Source: Octopus sinensis (taxonomy: Eukaryota). From it: DNA of 64,000 nt. Both the position numbers and the translations under genes were made by a program. This document shows positions 39,158 to 52,590 of the stretch, piece after piece (positions within the stretch are counted from its first letter, which is position 1; every line of letters starts with the position of its first letter). The notes under the pieces were generated by a model. It had not been told where the DNA came from. It was given only the letters and a program-made list of their open reading frames with translations, and made no database searches. The stretch spans positions 7,750,001 to 7,814,000 of the forward strand of contig NC_043018.1 in the NCBI RefSeq assembly GCF_006345805.1. The letters run 5' to 3'.

Positions 39158-39249
39158 CATCTTACGATCGTTTCACAGAAGAGTTGTCCCTATAATGAAA
39201 TCCTATATTGATAAGCATTTATAGACAACGCTTCTGCTCTTCAGAGATA
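39158..39249 (-). ncRNA. Type I hammerhead ribozyme with ~20-bp stem II
   Basis: Minus strand: TATCT-CTGAAGA-GCAGAAG.GTTGTC...GACAAC.CTTCTGT-GAAA-C-GATC-GTA-AGATG. Intact core; palindromic ACGATCGT stem III. Confidence 0.8.
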
Positions 39250-40765
39250 TAAAATTTGAATTCTGTATAACATATTGAATGGTGGGTTTTTTTTTTAAAA
39301 ATCCATATATACTTCCTTGGTTATTCTTCTGCAATAATCCATAATATTCATATGTAAAATCCGTTATATTATCTTGTATTCTAAATATAGTTCATATAGT
39401 TAGTTTAGAAATGTGAAATTTGTATATATACATACAATATATATATACGATATATATATATCATCACTATCATTGTTTAACATTAGTTTTCCATGCTAGC
39501 ATGGGTTGGACGATTTGATTGAGGACTGGCAAACCAGATGGTTGTACCCGGCTCCGATCTGATCTGGAAGAGTTTCTACAGCTCGATGCCCTTCCTAACG
39601 CCAACCACTCCGAGAGAGTAGTGGGTGCTTTTACGTGCCACCTGCACAGGAGCCAGTCCAGCGGCACTGGCAATGACCTCACTCGAATGTTATTCTTCAC
39701 GTGTTAGTAAGGCGACGATCACGCTTGAATGGTGCTTTTTACGTGCCACCAGCACAGAAGACAGCACAGAAGACAGCACAGAAAACAGACACAGTAGCCT
39801 AGTGTAGACTTCTACCTGGCTGGTTCGTGTCAAACTGTCCAACCAATGCAAGCAATGAAGACAGCCATTAAATGAGGATGAAAGCAAAATTTTTTCATGA
39901 ACCTTTGAAATACTAATACACGCAAACAAAAATAAATTATTATTTTGCTTGCATGGACCTCCAAAACTTTTATATGGACCACCAGGGATCACACGGACCC
40001 TGATTGAGAACCACTGTTAAGTCAAATGGAAGGTGAGACAGTGGAGGAATGGTGTGGTAGATAGACCCATAAAAAGAAAAGAGAGAGTCCTGGAAGGAAC
40101 AAGAGAATGGAGAGGAAGGAGGAGGAATAGCAGTGAGCAAGAAGTGCGGCTAGATAAAATGTATTAAAGCTTAAAAGAGAAAGAGAGACAGAGCTGCAGC
40201 ATGGCAGGTGAACGGGGATCCAACATCTACTACACAAGATGATTTCATTATATGCATAGCAGAATGAAATCAGGGCTCATTTCAGGTCTTCAGTAGACTC
40301 TTGGCAAGTATTTGCCATTTATTTTACACATTAATAAATATCTAACCACAAGAATGGTACCATGGTTGCAAAGCTCACCTAGCAATCACCTGGCACTGAA
40401 TTCAACCTCTTTACACAACCCTTTGAGCAAGTGTCTTCTATGAAAACCTTGAGTAAATTCAAGCATAATGACAGTAATTGGACATATATAGAAAGTATGT
40501 AGAAGCCTGCTAACTGGGTGACTTAATCCTTTAACACTCAGATTACTCTGTCAAATGTAGAGCTTATTCATTCATCTTTTTTGGAATTAATCCTGTATTA
40601 TCTTGCAGCTTCAACAATTCAATGATGTAATCATTTATTTTTAGAATGACATTGTAGGATAGGTGTGAAAAGCTAAATCCAGTCAGTTTGAACATCAGAG
40701 GTACATTTATTTGGGCTAGATATAACTAGTTTAAACACTAAAGTGTTAATCTCTGTCACCTCTAT

Positions 40766-40995
40766 CTGCGACGATTTCATCTCAATCGAAGGAGAGGGGC
40801 TTTCTCCGTCCGGGTTGCGGATCCGTGGAATAAGCTGCTGGACGAGATAGTGAAGATGCCGACGACCACTCAGTTCAAAGTCTCTCTTGACCAGAAATGG
40901 CCTGAACTCTTTGCATGAACACCCTCCCTGTACATAACTCCATGTCCCCCTACATGGCCTTGCTTTTGCTTTTTGAGCCAAAAAATTAACTTAAC
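40766..40995 (+). mobile_element. CR1-clade LINE 3' end
   Basis: RRFHLNRRRGAFSVRVADPWNKLLDEIVKMPTTTQFKVSLDQKWPELFA* followed by a short 3' UTR. Confidence 0.8.
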
Positions 40996-41415
40996 CTTTA
41001 ACATCACCACCAAATACTTTATGTGCCCTTCCTCTTGTTACTTGTCTCAGAAAGTCTGCAAAAGGAGTTATGAGTATGACTTCCTCTAAGTAAACGATGG
41101 AAAAAATTTTTTTTTTAAATTGCCAAATCAAGACAAAGAAATAGGATGTCCCACTGACCTCTGCTTTTTAAGCACCAACTTCTCTCTCTCTTCCTCATCT
41201 TTCTGCCAATATGTTTATCTACACTTCTGTGCAAGCCTTGCATTTACATTAGAATGAGATGATTTGGTACAGCTATTTGGACACGGGTAATTTGGCACAG
41301 CGGACTGAACATTCAGCCATTTCTGTGACAGTACCTTTTGGCACCAGAGGCAAGCATACTGGCACTCCATCGGTTATGATGATGAGAGTTCCAGTTGATC
41401 AGATCAACGGAACAT

Positions 41416-42020
41416 CATCATCATCATCATCATCATTTAACGTCCGCTTTCCATGCTAGCATGGGTTGGACGGTTCAACTGGGGTCTGGGGAGCCCGAAA
41501 GCTGCACCAGTCCAGTCAGATCTGGCAGTGTTTCTACAGCTGGATGCCCTTCCTAACGCCAACCACTCCGAGAGTGTAGTGGGTGATTTTATGTGCCACC
41601 GACACAGGTGCCAGACGAGGCTGGCAAACGGCCACGCTCAGATGGTGTTTTTTTTATGTGCCACCGACACAGGTGCCAGACGAGGCTGGCAGACGGCCAC
41701 GCTCGGATGGTGTTTTTATGTGCCACCGACACAGGTGCCAGACGAGGCTGGCAGACGGCCACGCTCGGATGGTGTTTTTATGTGCCACCGACACAGGTGC
41801 CAGATGAGGCTGGCAAACGGCCACGATCGGATGGTGCTTGTTACGTGCCCACAGCACGGAGGCCAGTCGATGCGGTACTGGCTACGGCCACGTTCGGATG
41901 GTTTTCTTATGTGCCACGTGCCACCGGCACTGGTACCACAAAGATACAAATTCCATTGATGTTCATCTATTTTGATTTGTTTTGATTTTCACTTGCCTCA
42001 ACAGGTCTTCACAAGTGTCA
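41416..42020 (-). mobile_element. Family C (GAT)n-tailed repeat with ~52-bp internal tandem array
   Basis: Reverse-complement counterpart of 7795-8404. Confidence 0.75.
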
Positions 42021-42342
42021 TCTGCTCATGAAATCAACACGCAAGTGGGGTGAGCACTCCACAAACATGCACACCCTTAATGCAGTTCTCAGGGAGACTC
42101 AGCATGACACGGCAGATGACAAGGCTGGCTCTTTGAAATTACAGGTAGAATTCAGTTTTGCCAGTTGAATGTACTGGAAGTGCTGTGAAATAGAGTCCCT
42201 TGCTCAAGGAGACAATGTGCCACTGGGTATCAAACTAAGGATTGTGAGATGAACACCCTAACCACAAAGCTACACACCTTCACAAGCGCGCACACACACA
42301 CACACACAAATATACACATACAGATTGTGGGAGAGAGACATT

Positions 42343-42686
42343 CTGAGACCCCCTTTGGTCACGACACAGACCATGGGATTACACCTAGAAAGTTACCCTC
42401 CCAGGCACAAGTCCGGGCAAGGTTGTTTATGGAAGACCAGCAGTCGCCCATGCATACCGGCCTCCCCTCTCCATGCCACCGATGTTATCCAAGGGAAAGG
42501 CAAAGGGGCCAATACAGCTTGGCACCTGTGACATCACAACTCATTTCTACAGCTGAGTTAACTGGAGCAACATGAAATAAAGTGTCTTGTTCAAGAACAC
42601 AACACGCAGCTCGGTCCAGGATTCGAGCTCACAACCTCACGATCGTAAGCTCAACGCTCTAACCACTGAACCATGCACCTTCACAT
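42343..42686 (-). mobile_element. SINE family D, full length
   Basis: 10-bp TSD GAGAGACATT at 42333-42342 and 42687-42696. Confidence 0.9.
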
Positions 42687-43269
42687 GAGAGACATTACAA
42701 TTTATTAATTAAACATGATCGACATAAACAGTTTCCCTCTCCTCAGACACATAAATAGAAATGTGCTCACAGAGAGAGAGGGAGGAGAGAGGAGGAGGAG
42801 GAGAGGGAGATAAAGACAAGCAATGTTAAGACATCTGATGTCAACTAAGTCCCCATCAACTCAACGGCACCAAATTAACTGTGCCAAAAACGTCTCTGAC
42901 CCCATTTACACACGTTTTATATGTATGTGTGCACATGTGACACCAATATGCACTGCACTTGGTTAATGGTATCAAGCAACACAAAAGTTCATTTCTGCAT
43001 TTCATACTTGTTTGTTTTTGAATTTTCTTTTGGACAATGCTGCCACAATCAAGAGGAACATCTCTAGCACTTAGGCATACTTCAGCTCTCTCTCTCTGAT
43101 TCATTCTTCACAATACCACCTCTTCACTGGTCCTAATAATGGCCTTGCTTCACATGGATATTAACCAACTGACTACACCTGCCTGGCTTGCAACATACAA
43201 GCAGACATGCACACAAATATATTCAAATTTTTTGCATTCCATTTATATGAAACGCCATGATGGACCGTT

Positions 43270-43484
43270 AGCTCCTACACGCATTTTTTTTTCCTCTCCT
43301 TGTTTCTTTTCTGTGTATCTTTCTGTCGAAGAGCGTAGGCTCAAAACATAAAAGACTTTTTCTATTTCTATTCCTGAGCGCCATACTAATACATTTGTTT
43401 GTTTGTACTCCACCTGCCTTCGTCTTTTGTTTATTTTCATAAACCTTCCCGTTATATGAAATAAGAGCCTGAAATTATATACAT

Positions 43485-43521
<37 letters not shown>

Positions 43522-43700
43522 GGGAGAGTTTACGAAAAAAAACAAAAGACGAAGACAGGTGGTGTACAAAACAAACAGATGTATTAGTATAACGCTCAGG
43601 AATAGAAAAAGTCTTTTACGTTTCGAGCCTACGCTCTTCTACAGAAAGGGACACAGAAAACAAGGAGAGAAAAAAAATGTGTGTAGTGGCTAACGATATA
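43270..43700. repeat. Inverted pair of ~180-bp hammerhead-like elements around a (TA)n spacer
   Basis: 43270-43450 is the reverse complement of 43520-43700. Each arm has CTGT(C/A)GA-A-GAGC-GTAG-GCTC-(G)AAA-C(G)TA. Confidence 0.75.
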
Positions 43701-43714
43701 TGAATGTATGTATA

Positions 43715-44968
43715 CAAAGGGTTGCTGAAAAGTTACCGGCTTTAAGGGTATCATGCAAGGGTACAGCCATTACCTATACTGGGGAGGTAGAACAACTGTT
43801 TAGAAGAGGGGATGCAACAAATGATGATGGCATACAAGAGATCTTTCTCTTTTGTAGATTTAATGCATGATAGCAGCTCCTGCAGTGGATCTTGGTAAGA
43901 TTGAAGCATGGGCAGTCATGAAGTTCTTGTTTTGCAAGGCAAAGGAGCAGCGGAAATCCATGGAGAGATGAAGGAAGTCTTGAAGGATGGCTGCTCATCT
44001 TTCTCCATGGTGAAAATCTTGTTGTCAAGGTTTCAGACTGGTCACTTTGAGGTCATAGTCGAACGGCCAACTTCTGCGACCACAGAGAACAAAGCTGATG
44101 CTGTGCATGTCAAGATCCTGAAGGACCACAGGAGTTCACCTAAAGTCATAGATGAGACTCCAGGGATTTCCTGCAAAAGAATTGGCCACATCATCCCCAA
44201 CATTCTGGACAAGAGAAAGCTTTCTGCAAAATGGGTGCTGGACTGTCTGAACACGGGTCAGAAACGCATCAGAGTGACGACATCAAAGGTGACTTTGGAC
44301 TGGTTTGCAGCAGGAGAGGCTGATTTTATGGCTCGTTTAGTGACCATGGGTGAAACTTGGCTTCATAAGTAGTAATTAATGGTGCCACAGCAATTCACTG
44401 TGTCCCAAAAAGTTTCAAACCTAGAAGTCAGCTGGAAAGATTCTGGCCTGAGTATTCTGGGACAAAGATGGAGTACTCCTCATAAAATACCTGCCAAAGG
44501 GTCACACCATCAACACAGAATACTACATGTTGGACACGTCTCTACATGTTGGACAAACTGCATGAAGCTTTGAAGCAGAAATGCCATGGAAAGTTGAACC
44601 GTGTCCTGTTTTTGCAGGACAATGCAGCAGCACATCAAACTATGAAAAATATGCAACTTTGGCTTCGAACTGGTAGACTACCCACCTTACTCTCTTGACT
44701 TGGCCCCTTCCGACTATCACCTCTTTCCACAACTGAAGAAAACTCTCAAAGGAACGAAATTTCACTCCAATTCAGAAGTGACCACTGCTATAGAGATCTG
44801 GTTGGAGGCCCAACTTTCCAAGTTCTTTTCACAGGGCTTAGAAAAACTGAAGATCTGCTGCAATATGTGTGCGAATCTGAGAGAGGAATATGTTGAGTAA
44901 AATCATAATTAACTAATACCCCTGTATTTTCTTTTACCCAAAGCCAGGAACTTTTCAAGCACTCCCTT
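43715..44968 (+). mobile_element. Full-length degenerate mariner transposon
   Basis: Imperfect TIRs (GCTGAAAAGTT.C.GGCTTT); HTH region, KLSAKWV, LVTMGETW, QDNAAAH and APSDYHLF motifs. Confidence 0.9.
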
Positions 44969-45076
44969 ATGTGTATGTATATGTATGTATATTACGGGGT
45001 AGGTATGAAAAAATACAGAATATAATTGAGACTCAATAACCATAAATAGTATAATAAACATTCTAGAGTCTATACC

Positions 45077-45306
45077 TATTTCTTTACTACCCACAAGGGG
45101 CTAAACACAGAGGAGACAAACAAGGACAGACAAACGGATTAAGTCGATTACATCGACCCCAGTGCGTAACTGGTACTTATTTAATCGACCCCGAAAGGAT
45201 GAAAGGCAAAGTCGACCTCGGCGGAATTTGAACTCAGAACGTAACAGCAGACGAAATACGGCTACGCATTTCACCCAGCGTGTTAACGTTTCTGCCAGCT
45301 CACCAG
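45077..45306 (-). mobile_element. SINE family B, full length, inserted in the Tc1 left TIR
   Basis: 14-bp TSD CTAGAGTCTATACC at 45063-45076 and 45307-45320. Confidence 0.92.
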
Positions 45307-46011
45307 CTAGAGTCTATACCATCAATAATTAGTTTTTGATGCATCCTCTTTTTGCTTTTATAACCACTTTTGTGCATTTTTGCATACTTGAGAATAAGTT
45401 GGTGCAAGTGACTGGGTCATTGTGTGACACTAATGTTTTTTCCTATTTTTCTAGTGATAACTTATCAGTGGTTAATATTTGTTGAAAATGTCTCTGAAGA
45501 AATGCATTCCTGGAGCTCGAAGGGCTCAAACCATTGCATTATCCAGTGAAGGATTCTTCCAAGTTGAAATTGCAAGAGAATTGAAATGCTCGAGAAGAGG
45601 TGTCCATCAAAAGGTACAATGAGACCAATTCTTTCAAAAACTATAAAGGATGAGGTCATGAAAAGTGTACAACCACAAGGGAAGACATGTTGCTGAAGAA
45701 GACATCTCTGGCAGATAGGAGAAAGACCTCTTTCGATGTAGCTGCTGAGTTTTATGTGGCAAAAAACAAGGAGATATCAACTCGCACAGTGAGAAGGTTA
45801 CTAGAAGCTGGGCTCAAAGGATGTAAGGCCAAAAAGACATTGTTGCTGTCTGAGGTGAACATGAAGAAGCAATTGTCTTGGGCAAAAGAGCATGAAAATT
45901 GAACTGATGATGATTGGGCTAAAGTCGTTTGGTCTGATGAAAGTAACTTTGATGTACGTTCTCCACATTCATTTCCACCACTTTACTAAGCACAACTAAA
46001 ATTCTTACACT

Positions 46012-46402
46012 CACTTTACTCTCTCTCTTTTACATGTTTCAGTCATTTGACTGCGGCCATGCTGGAGCACCGCCTTTAGTCGAGCAAATCGACCCCGGGA
46101 CTTATTCTTTGGAAGCCCAGTACTTATTCTATTGGTCTCTTTTGCCGAACCGCTAAGTGACGGGGACTTAAACACACCAGCATCGGTTATCAAGCGATGT
46201 TGGGGGGACAAACACAGACACACACACATACATATATGCGATGAGCTTCTTTCAGTTTCTGTCTACCAAATCCACTCACGAGGCATTGGTCAGCCCGGGG
46301 CTATAGCAGAAGACACTTGCCCAAGATGCCACGCAGTGGGACTGAACCCGGAACCATGTGGTTGGTTAGCAAGCTACTTACCACACAGCCACTCCTGCGC
46401 CT
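46012..46402 (-). mobile_element. SINE family A inserted in the Tc1 intron
   Basis: Full-length copy lying between the donor at 45954 and the acceptor at 46467. Confidence 0.88.
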
Positions 46403-48569
46403 ACACTTGTACAAATTTTTTATTGGATACCAAAAATGGCCAATAAATTTTTAATTTTTCTTCTCAGATCTTTGGAACCCCTGGAGCTGTTTATGTTTGC
46501 TGTAGAATTGGGGAAGCTTATTATCCTGGATGTGTTGTCCCAACAGTCAAATTTGGAGGAGAAAGCATAATAGTTTGGGGCTGCATCTTGTCTTCAGGCC
46601 CAGGAATGTTGTTCACTTTTGAGAACGAAATGAATTCCAACATTTACACCAGCATGTTAGATCAAGTTTATCAAACTTCCTTAGCTAAAATTTTCCATGA
46701 TAACATCGTAGACGGTGTAATCTTTAAACAAGACAATGCTCCAGGTCACACATCCAGAGTCTCAATGAGTTGGTTTGAGGAGAAAGGGATGAGGATGATG
46801 AAATGGGCCCCTTCAGTCTCCAAAACTCAATCCCACTGGACATTAGTGGTCACACTCAGGTACAAGAGTAAGGGAGCACAAATGTTCTTCAAAAACCAAA
46901 TTAGAAGCCAAAATTCATGAAGGGTGGTAGATATTGACCTAGCCACTTGGGCCAACTAAGTCTCAAGTATGCAAAAAATGCATAAAAGTGGTTATAAAAG
47001 CAAAAAAAGGATGCATCAAAAACTAATTATTGATGGGATAGACTCTAGAATGTTTATTATACTGTTTTCAGTTATTAAGTAAAGGAGTATCAATTACATT
47101 CTCTATTTTTTCATACCTACCCCATAATTTTGGCCAAGGGTGTGTGTGTGCATGTGTGTGTATAATATATATATGTATACACACACTTATCCCTTTAACA
47201 TTTAAACTGGCAATAACTGGCCAAAATATTCTGACCAAAAATGACCAGATTATGCCTCTCATACCTTCCCGATAATGTCATTCTAAAAGTCACATCATCG
47301 AAATCTCAAATCTACAAGATAATACAGGATTAATTCAAAACAATGTAAATAAATAAGCATTACACTTGAGAGTGTTAATCTGAATACTAAAGGGTTAAAA
47401 TATCAAGCTAGCTACCCACAATCAGTAACACCACCATTTCCATGTCAGATTCAAAACAGTGGGGCTGCCAATGATGTTAGCACAATGAAATGTGAGTGAA
47501 GAGAGATTGGCCAGAAATGTAAATAGATGTGTGTTGTGTACAAGCAGTAAGATGGAGGGGAACCGTAACCAGACTGCTTCTGGGTTGGTAGTGATATAGC
47601 AAATAGATCGTTACCAAAGTCGCCTTACTGGCACCTGTGCTGGTGGCATGTGTAAAAGGATTCAAGCGAGGTCGTTGCCAGCACCGCCTGACTGCCCCCC
47701 CCCCCCATGCTGGTGGCACGTAAAAAGCACCCACTACACTCTCGGAGTGGTTGGCATTAGGAAAGGCATCCAGCTGTAGAAACTCTGCCAAATCAAGACT
47801 GGAGCCTGGTGCAACCATCTGGTTCGCCAGCCCTTAGTCAAAATCGTACAACCCATGCTAGCATGGAAAGCGGACGATGATGATGATGAAAAGATACATT
47901 ATTGGCAAAGAAATTCAATTAAGTAATTAGATTGTAGGAGAGAATAATTAAGTGTAAGCTAGTCTTAGAAAACAACTGCAGCACTGAAGTCTGCAGAGAC
48001 GACACAGAGTTGACAGATGGCACAAGAAATGGTTTTATGGGGCTCTTTTATCATGGTTGGTGACTTTAATGACTATGTTGCACACCACCATGATGGCAGG
48101 GGCTATGTGGACCCTGGTTGAGAACCACTGATCTTAGATAGAAAGTGGTATGTTGGTGGGACTAACTGTAGTAGACAGAACAAATAAAAGCTAAGAGGCA
48201 AAACCTGGAAGCAAAGCATCCAAGAACAACACCAAGTGGCTAGAAAAGAAGATGGGAAGCAGGTGTATTTGGTGAGGTGTGAGATGAAAAGTTTGGGACA
48301 TGGTCTGTTTCGAGGGGGATCACAGGTATGATAGATTTTAGATTCCCAGTGTATTGGCGACAGTTGTGACATCAGTGCAAAGAAGTAAGAAATGGTGCCC
48401 TCACTGACACTGAAAGGAAAGAGGCACAAAAGTGTTACTACATGATTGTTGAAGGAAGAGAATGAGAGGTGAGAGGATTTTGCAAAATTTTAATAAACAC
48501 TATGTATGTTTACTATTGTCTTGACATCATTATATAACATCTATTTTCCATGTTGCACGGGTTCAACAG

Positions 48570-49410
48570 GTTATAACTTAAGGGTATACCTTGACACATC
48601 CTCACCACATCTTATCTCTGTAACCATGTATCTCTCTTACAACAAAAAACTTGTTTCTGTCCCTCTATCTGACTTTAGCCTCTCATCACCTGGCACAATG
48701 CCACCTCTCTCAGTGCTACTTTTCTCTCTCAGTTGAGGGGTCTTTTGTCTTGTAAGTTACTTGGTGACCTCACCAGTGCTGGTGCCACATGAAAAGCACT
48801 CTGTAAAATGACTGGCATTAGGAAGGGCATCAAAACTTAGGAATCATGCCAAAATCGACAATAGAGCCTGGCACAGTCCTCAGGCTTGCCAGCCTCTGCC
48901 AAACCATCCAACCCATGCAGCATGGAAAACAGATGTTAAATAAGGAGGATGATTATGTTTGGCAGGAACTGGAAAGCTTGAGGACTGCACCAAGCTCTCT
49001 ATTGTCAACTTTGGCATGACTCCTATGTCTGGATGCTCTTCCTAATGCCAGCCACTTTACAGTGTACTGGGTGGTCTTTATGTGGCACCAGCACCGTTGA
49101 GGTTACCAAGTAACTTACAAGACAAAGACCCTCTCAACTGACAGAGAAAAGTAGCATAGAGGAAGGTGGTTTTGTGCCAGGTGATGAGAGACTAAAGTCA
49201 GATGGAGGGACAGAAACAGGCGTTTTGTTGTTAGAGACATACATGGTTACAGAGATAAGATGTGAGGATGTGTCAAGGTATACCCTCAAGTTACAGAAAG
49301 GTGAATATAAAAGAAGTGGTTTTGTTAATGAAGTTTGCAGGAGTGTGAAAGGAGAATGGCAGATGGATAGAGGTGGGAGTAAGGGAAATGCAGTGAGTTA
49401 TGTACACTTT
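48570..49410. repeat. Tail-to-tail inverted pair of an extended family C element
   Basis: 48570-48950 and 48960-49330 are diverged reverse complements. Confidence 0.75.
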
Positions 49411-49837
49411 TTATGTGTAAACTAAGGATCCATCCATCTTCCCTGCTAACTATTCCTGGGAGGGTCATGGAAAATAATGTCCTCAGGCACATCCTTCATA
49501 GGGTCTGATCAGAAGCAACAGTTATTACACTTTCCAGCTGAATTCCCAAGCATGACCAACTGAGACTCTGGATATTATCCAATCATCTTGTTCCTGGTCT
49601 GCTCCTAGGCCTCCTGCTGGTTGGCCAGACTTGAAGAATTTGGCTTGTGATATCCTAATCACATGTCCACAGTAGCAGAGTTGTGATCTCTAAATGCAGA
49701 GAAGTTACAACTCAACCTAGAGAGATACCCTGATCTCTGAGCCACATAATCTGTCGAGTATCAATACATTATGTTTTTGGGTATATGTCAAACTATTATT
49801 AATTGGTATCTACGAGTGTGTGTGTGGAGAAGTATAT

Positions 49838-49885
<48 letters not shown>

Positions 49886-51129
49886 GCATATATACATACA
49901 TAAGTATGAAATATAAACCCAAGAACATCGTTATAATTACACACACACACACACATACACACTGTATTAGTTCGTGTATGTCTACCACTCTTAATTTAGT
50001 GTTAAATCTTGCTACGAATTTTTTTTTTACCTTCGTAGTTTTAGTTTTGCCCCGTGTATCAGTCATATTGATACTCCATTTTGGTAAACTCTGGTGACGG
50101 AGAAAGCAAACTTCATTTATTGATAGATTCACAGAAGTAGTTAACAATAAGAGCACACATGATGAAAGAGATGCTTTCAAAGGCCTGGAAAACCACTTAG
50201 AAATAGTAGCTGTTGTTACCCAAGTAAGTTAATTAGCAGTGAAGGATAAAGCTCCAAAAGCATGATCAAGGCCCAGAGCTTGATGAAACTGGAAAACATC
50301 AAGAGCTTATTACCTCTGCTGGTAACAAAAGGATTTTTTTCTCAGAGTGAAGAAGGGCAGATTGTGAGATGCTTACATAGAAAGTGCAACGCTGCATGGT
50401 AGGAAGATCTGGACCTTTCAAAAAGAGAAAGAATTTCATCATCATTTAACGTCCGTTTTCTGTGCTAGCATGGGTTGGACGGTTTGACTGGGGATCTGGG
50501 AAGCCAGAAGGCTGCACCAGGCTCCAGTCTGATCTGGCAGTGTTTCTACAGCTGGATGCCCTTCCTAACGCCAACCACTCCATGAGTGTAGTGGGTGCTT
50601 TTTACGTGCCACCGGCGAGGCTGGCAACGGTCATGATCAGATTGGTGCTTTTTACGTGCCACCGGCACAGAAGCCAGTCAAGGCAGCGCTGGCATCGGCC
50701 ACATTCGGATGGTGCTTTTTACAAAACTAAAATGAAACGAAAGAAATGAAGTGAGCATTTCTCACATGCTGTGTCCCATGAGTGGTTATGAAGGACAGAG
50801 CACAAATGAGCCAAAGAAAAAGATGGAAATAAGAAGAATTAGATCTTGGGTGAAAGAAAGAAGACATTGCTTGTGAAGTCTGTTACAGTCAATGCAACAG
50901 TCAATCAAAAGCTTTCAAAGCACATGGTGATTACATTAGCTGAAGAATATTTGATGATGCAGGTTTTGGCACCCATACAAGGGGCTGAAACAATTAGTTT
51001 GGTTTTTTGATCATCAGATCAATGAGCTGCCTTACTCAGGTAACTCTCCTAACCTAAATTCCATAGCAAAATCCATCATCATCTATCCCTGGACATTTCT
51101 GCGAGTTCATAATCTCCTGCAGGAACTCG

Positions 51130-51445
51130 TCTGACGAGGAGAATATGGTGGTTTGGTCATACGTTGCAGCGCCACCACTACCACCCCATGACAATCTCCA
51201 CCGGAAGGCAATAGTATGAGTTCCTCCTCCAGAGAGGTGGTCAGCTGAAAACTTGGCTCGCAACAGTCAAAGTAGATATGGAGCTTGTTTACAAACCTCG
51301 AGTCTTTGGCGTCCATCAATGGAACCGGGAATGGCTTCAACACACTGCAGAATCAGCCACTGACAAATGTGCATGGAGCACTTTCACCCATGACACGAAC
51401 TCAATAGGAGCCAGCATAACCCCTCCCAAGTGAATGCCGTAACAA
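51130..51445 (+). mobile_element. RTE-type LINE 3' end
   Basis: WFGH...QRGGQLKTWLATVKVDME...FGVHQWNREW; same family as 20058-20356. Confidence 0.75.
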
Positions 51446-52089
51446 GACATAGGGCTGGTTACCTGATTTCCATGGTGTACAAGTGACCAAGATCACAGCA
51501 TTCCCTTTGAACTGGACGCCAGTCTGTCACAAGAGTGGAATGGAGTAGTGTGAAATGAAGTGTTTTGCTCAAGAACACAATCTATCACTCAATCCAGAAA
51601 CTGAAACCATGATCTTGTGATCATTAGTGCAACACCCTAATCACTACGGCACAGGAGGTACAATTAAAAAGATGGCCAATTTGAGTCCCAAACATCAGGC
51701 TGAGATTCAGGCTGTTATTGAGTGCACCTTAACTTCCATCACATCTGACAATATTGCTACAGGTTGGTTTCTTCCTCTTACGGCCTCAACCTTTAGCCAG
51801 TGATTGAACCCAAAAGAAATTCAACTAAAAAAACTCACATTTGACAGCAGGCTTTCAATTTTGGACCAATTCTTATTTTTGAGATCTTGAGGTTTTAACA
51901 AAACCAACATAGAAACCATAAAATGTTGGCTTATATTCCATTTAATACAGTTGAAATGTTAACATAAATGTTAACTCTGAATGTTAACAACAAACATCCA
52001 ATTTCTGCATATTAATCTAATTTTCTGGGATGCAACACTGTGTGTGTGCGTGTGCGCATGTGTATTCTCCTTCAACTGATATTCATGAC

Positions 52090-52590
52090 TGACCAAACCT
52101 CCACTATGTACACAACTCACTGCATTTCCCTTACTCCCACCTCTATCCATCTGCCACTCCTGCAAACATCCTTAACAAAACCACTTCTCTTATACTAACC
52201 CCTTCTATAACTTAAGGGTATGCCTTGACACATCCTCACCACATCTTATCTCTGTAACCATGTATCTCTCTTACAACAAAACACCTGTTTCTGTCCCTCT
52301 ATCTGACTTTAACCTCTCATCACCTGGCACAAAGCCACCTCTCTCAGTGCTACTTTTCTCTCTCAGTTGAGGGGTTTTTTGTCTTGTAAGTTACTTGGTG
52401 ACCTCACTAGTGCTGGTGCCACATGAAAAGCACTCTGTAAAGTGGCCGGCACTAGGAAGGGCATCAAAACTTAGGAATCATGCCAAAATCGACAATAGAG
52501 CCTGGCACAGTCCTCAGGCTTGCCAGCCTCTGCCAAACCAACCAACCCATGCAGCATGGAAAACAGATGTTAAATAAGGAGGATGATTAT
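52090..52590 (+). repeat. Near-identical copy of 48570-48960
   Basis: Shared sequence extends through the junction AAATAAGGAGGATGATTATGT. Confidence 0.8.

Larger units (their letters stand above)
44990..47142 (+). mobile_element. Tc1 (DD34E-like) fossil with ~200-bp TIRs and a spliceosomal intron
   Basis: WSDESNFD|GTACGT...TTTTCTTCTCAG|IFGTPG...VKFGGESIIVWGCI...FKQDNAPGH; long inverted repeats; two SINE insertions. Confidence 0.88.
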
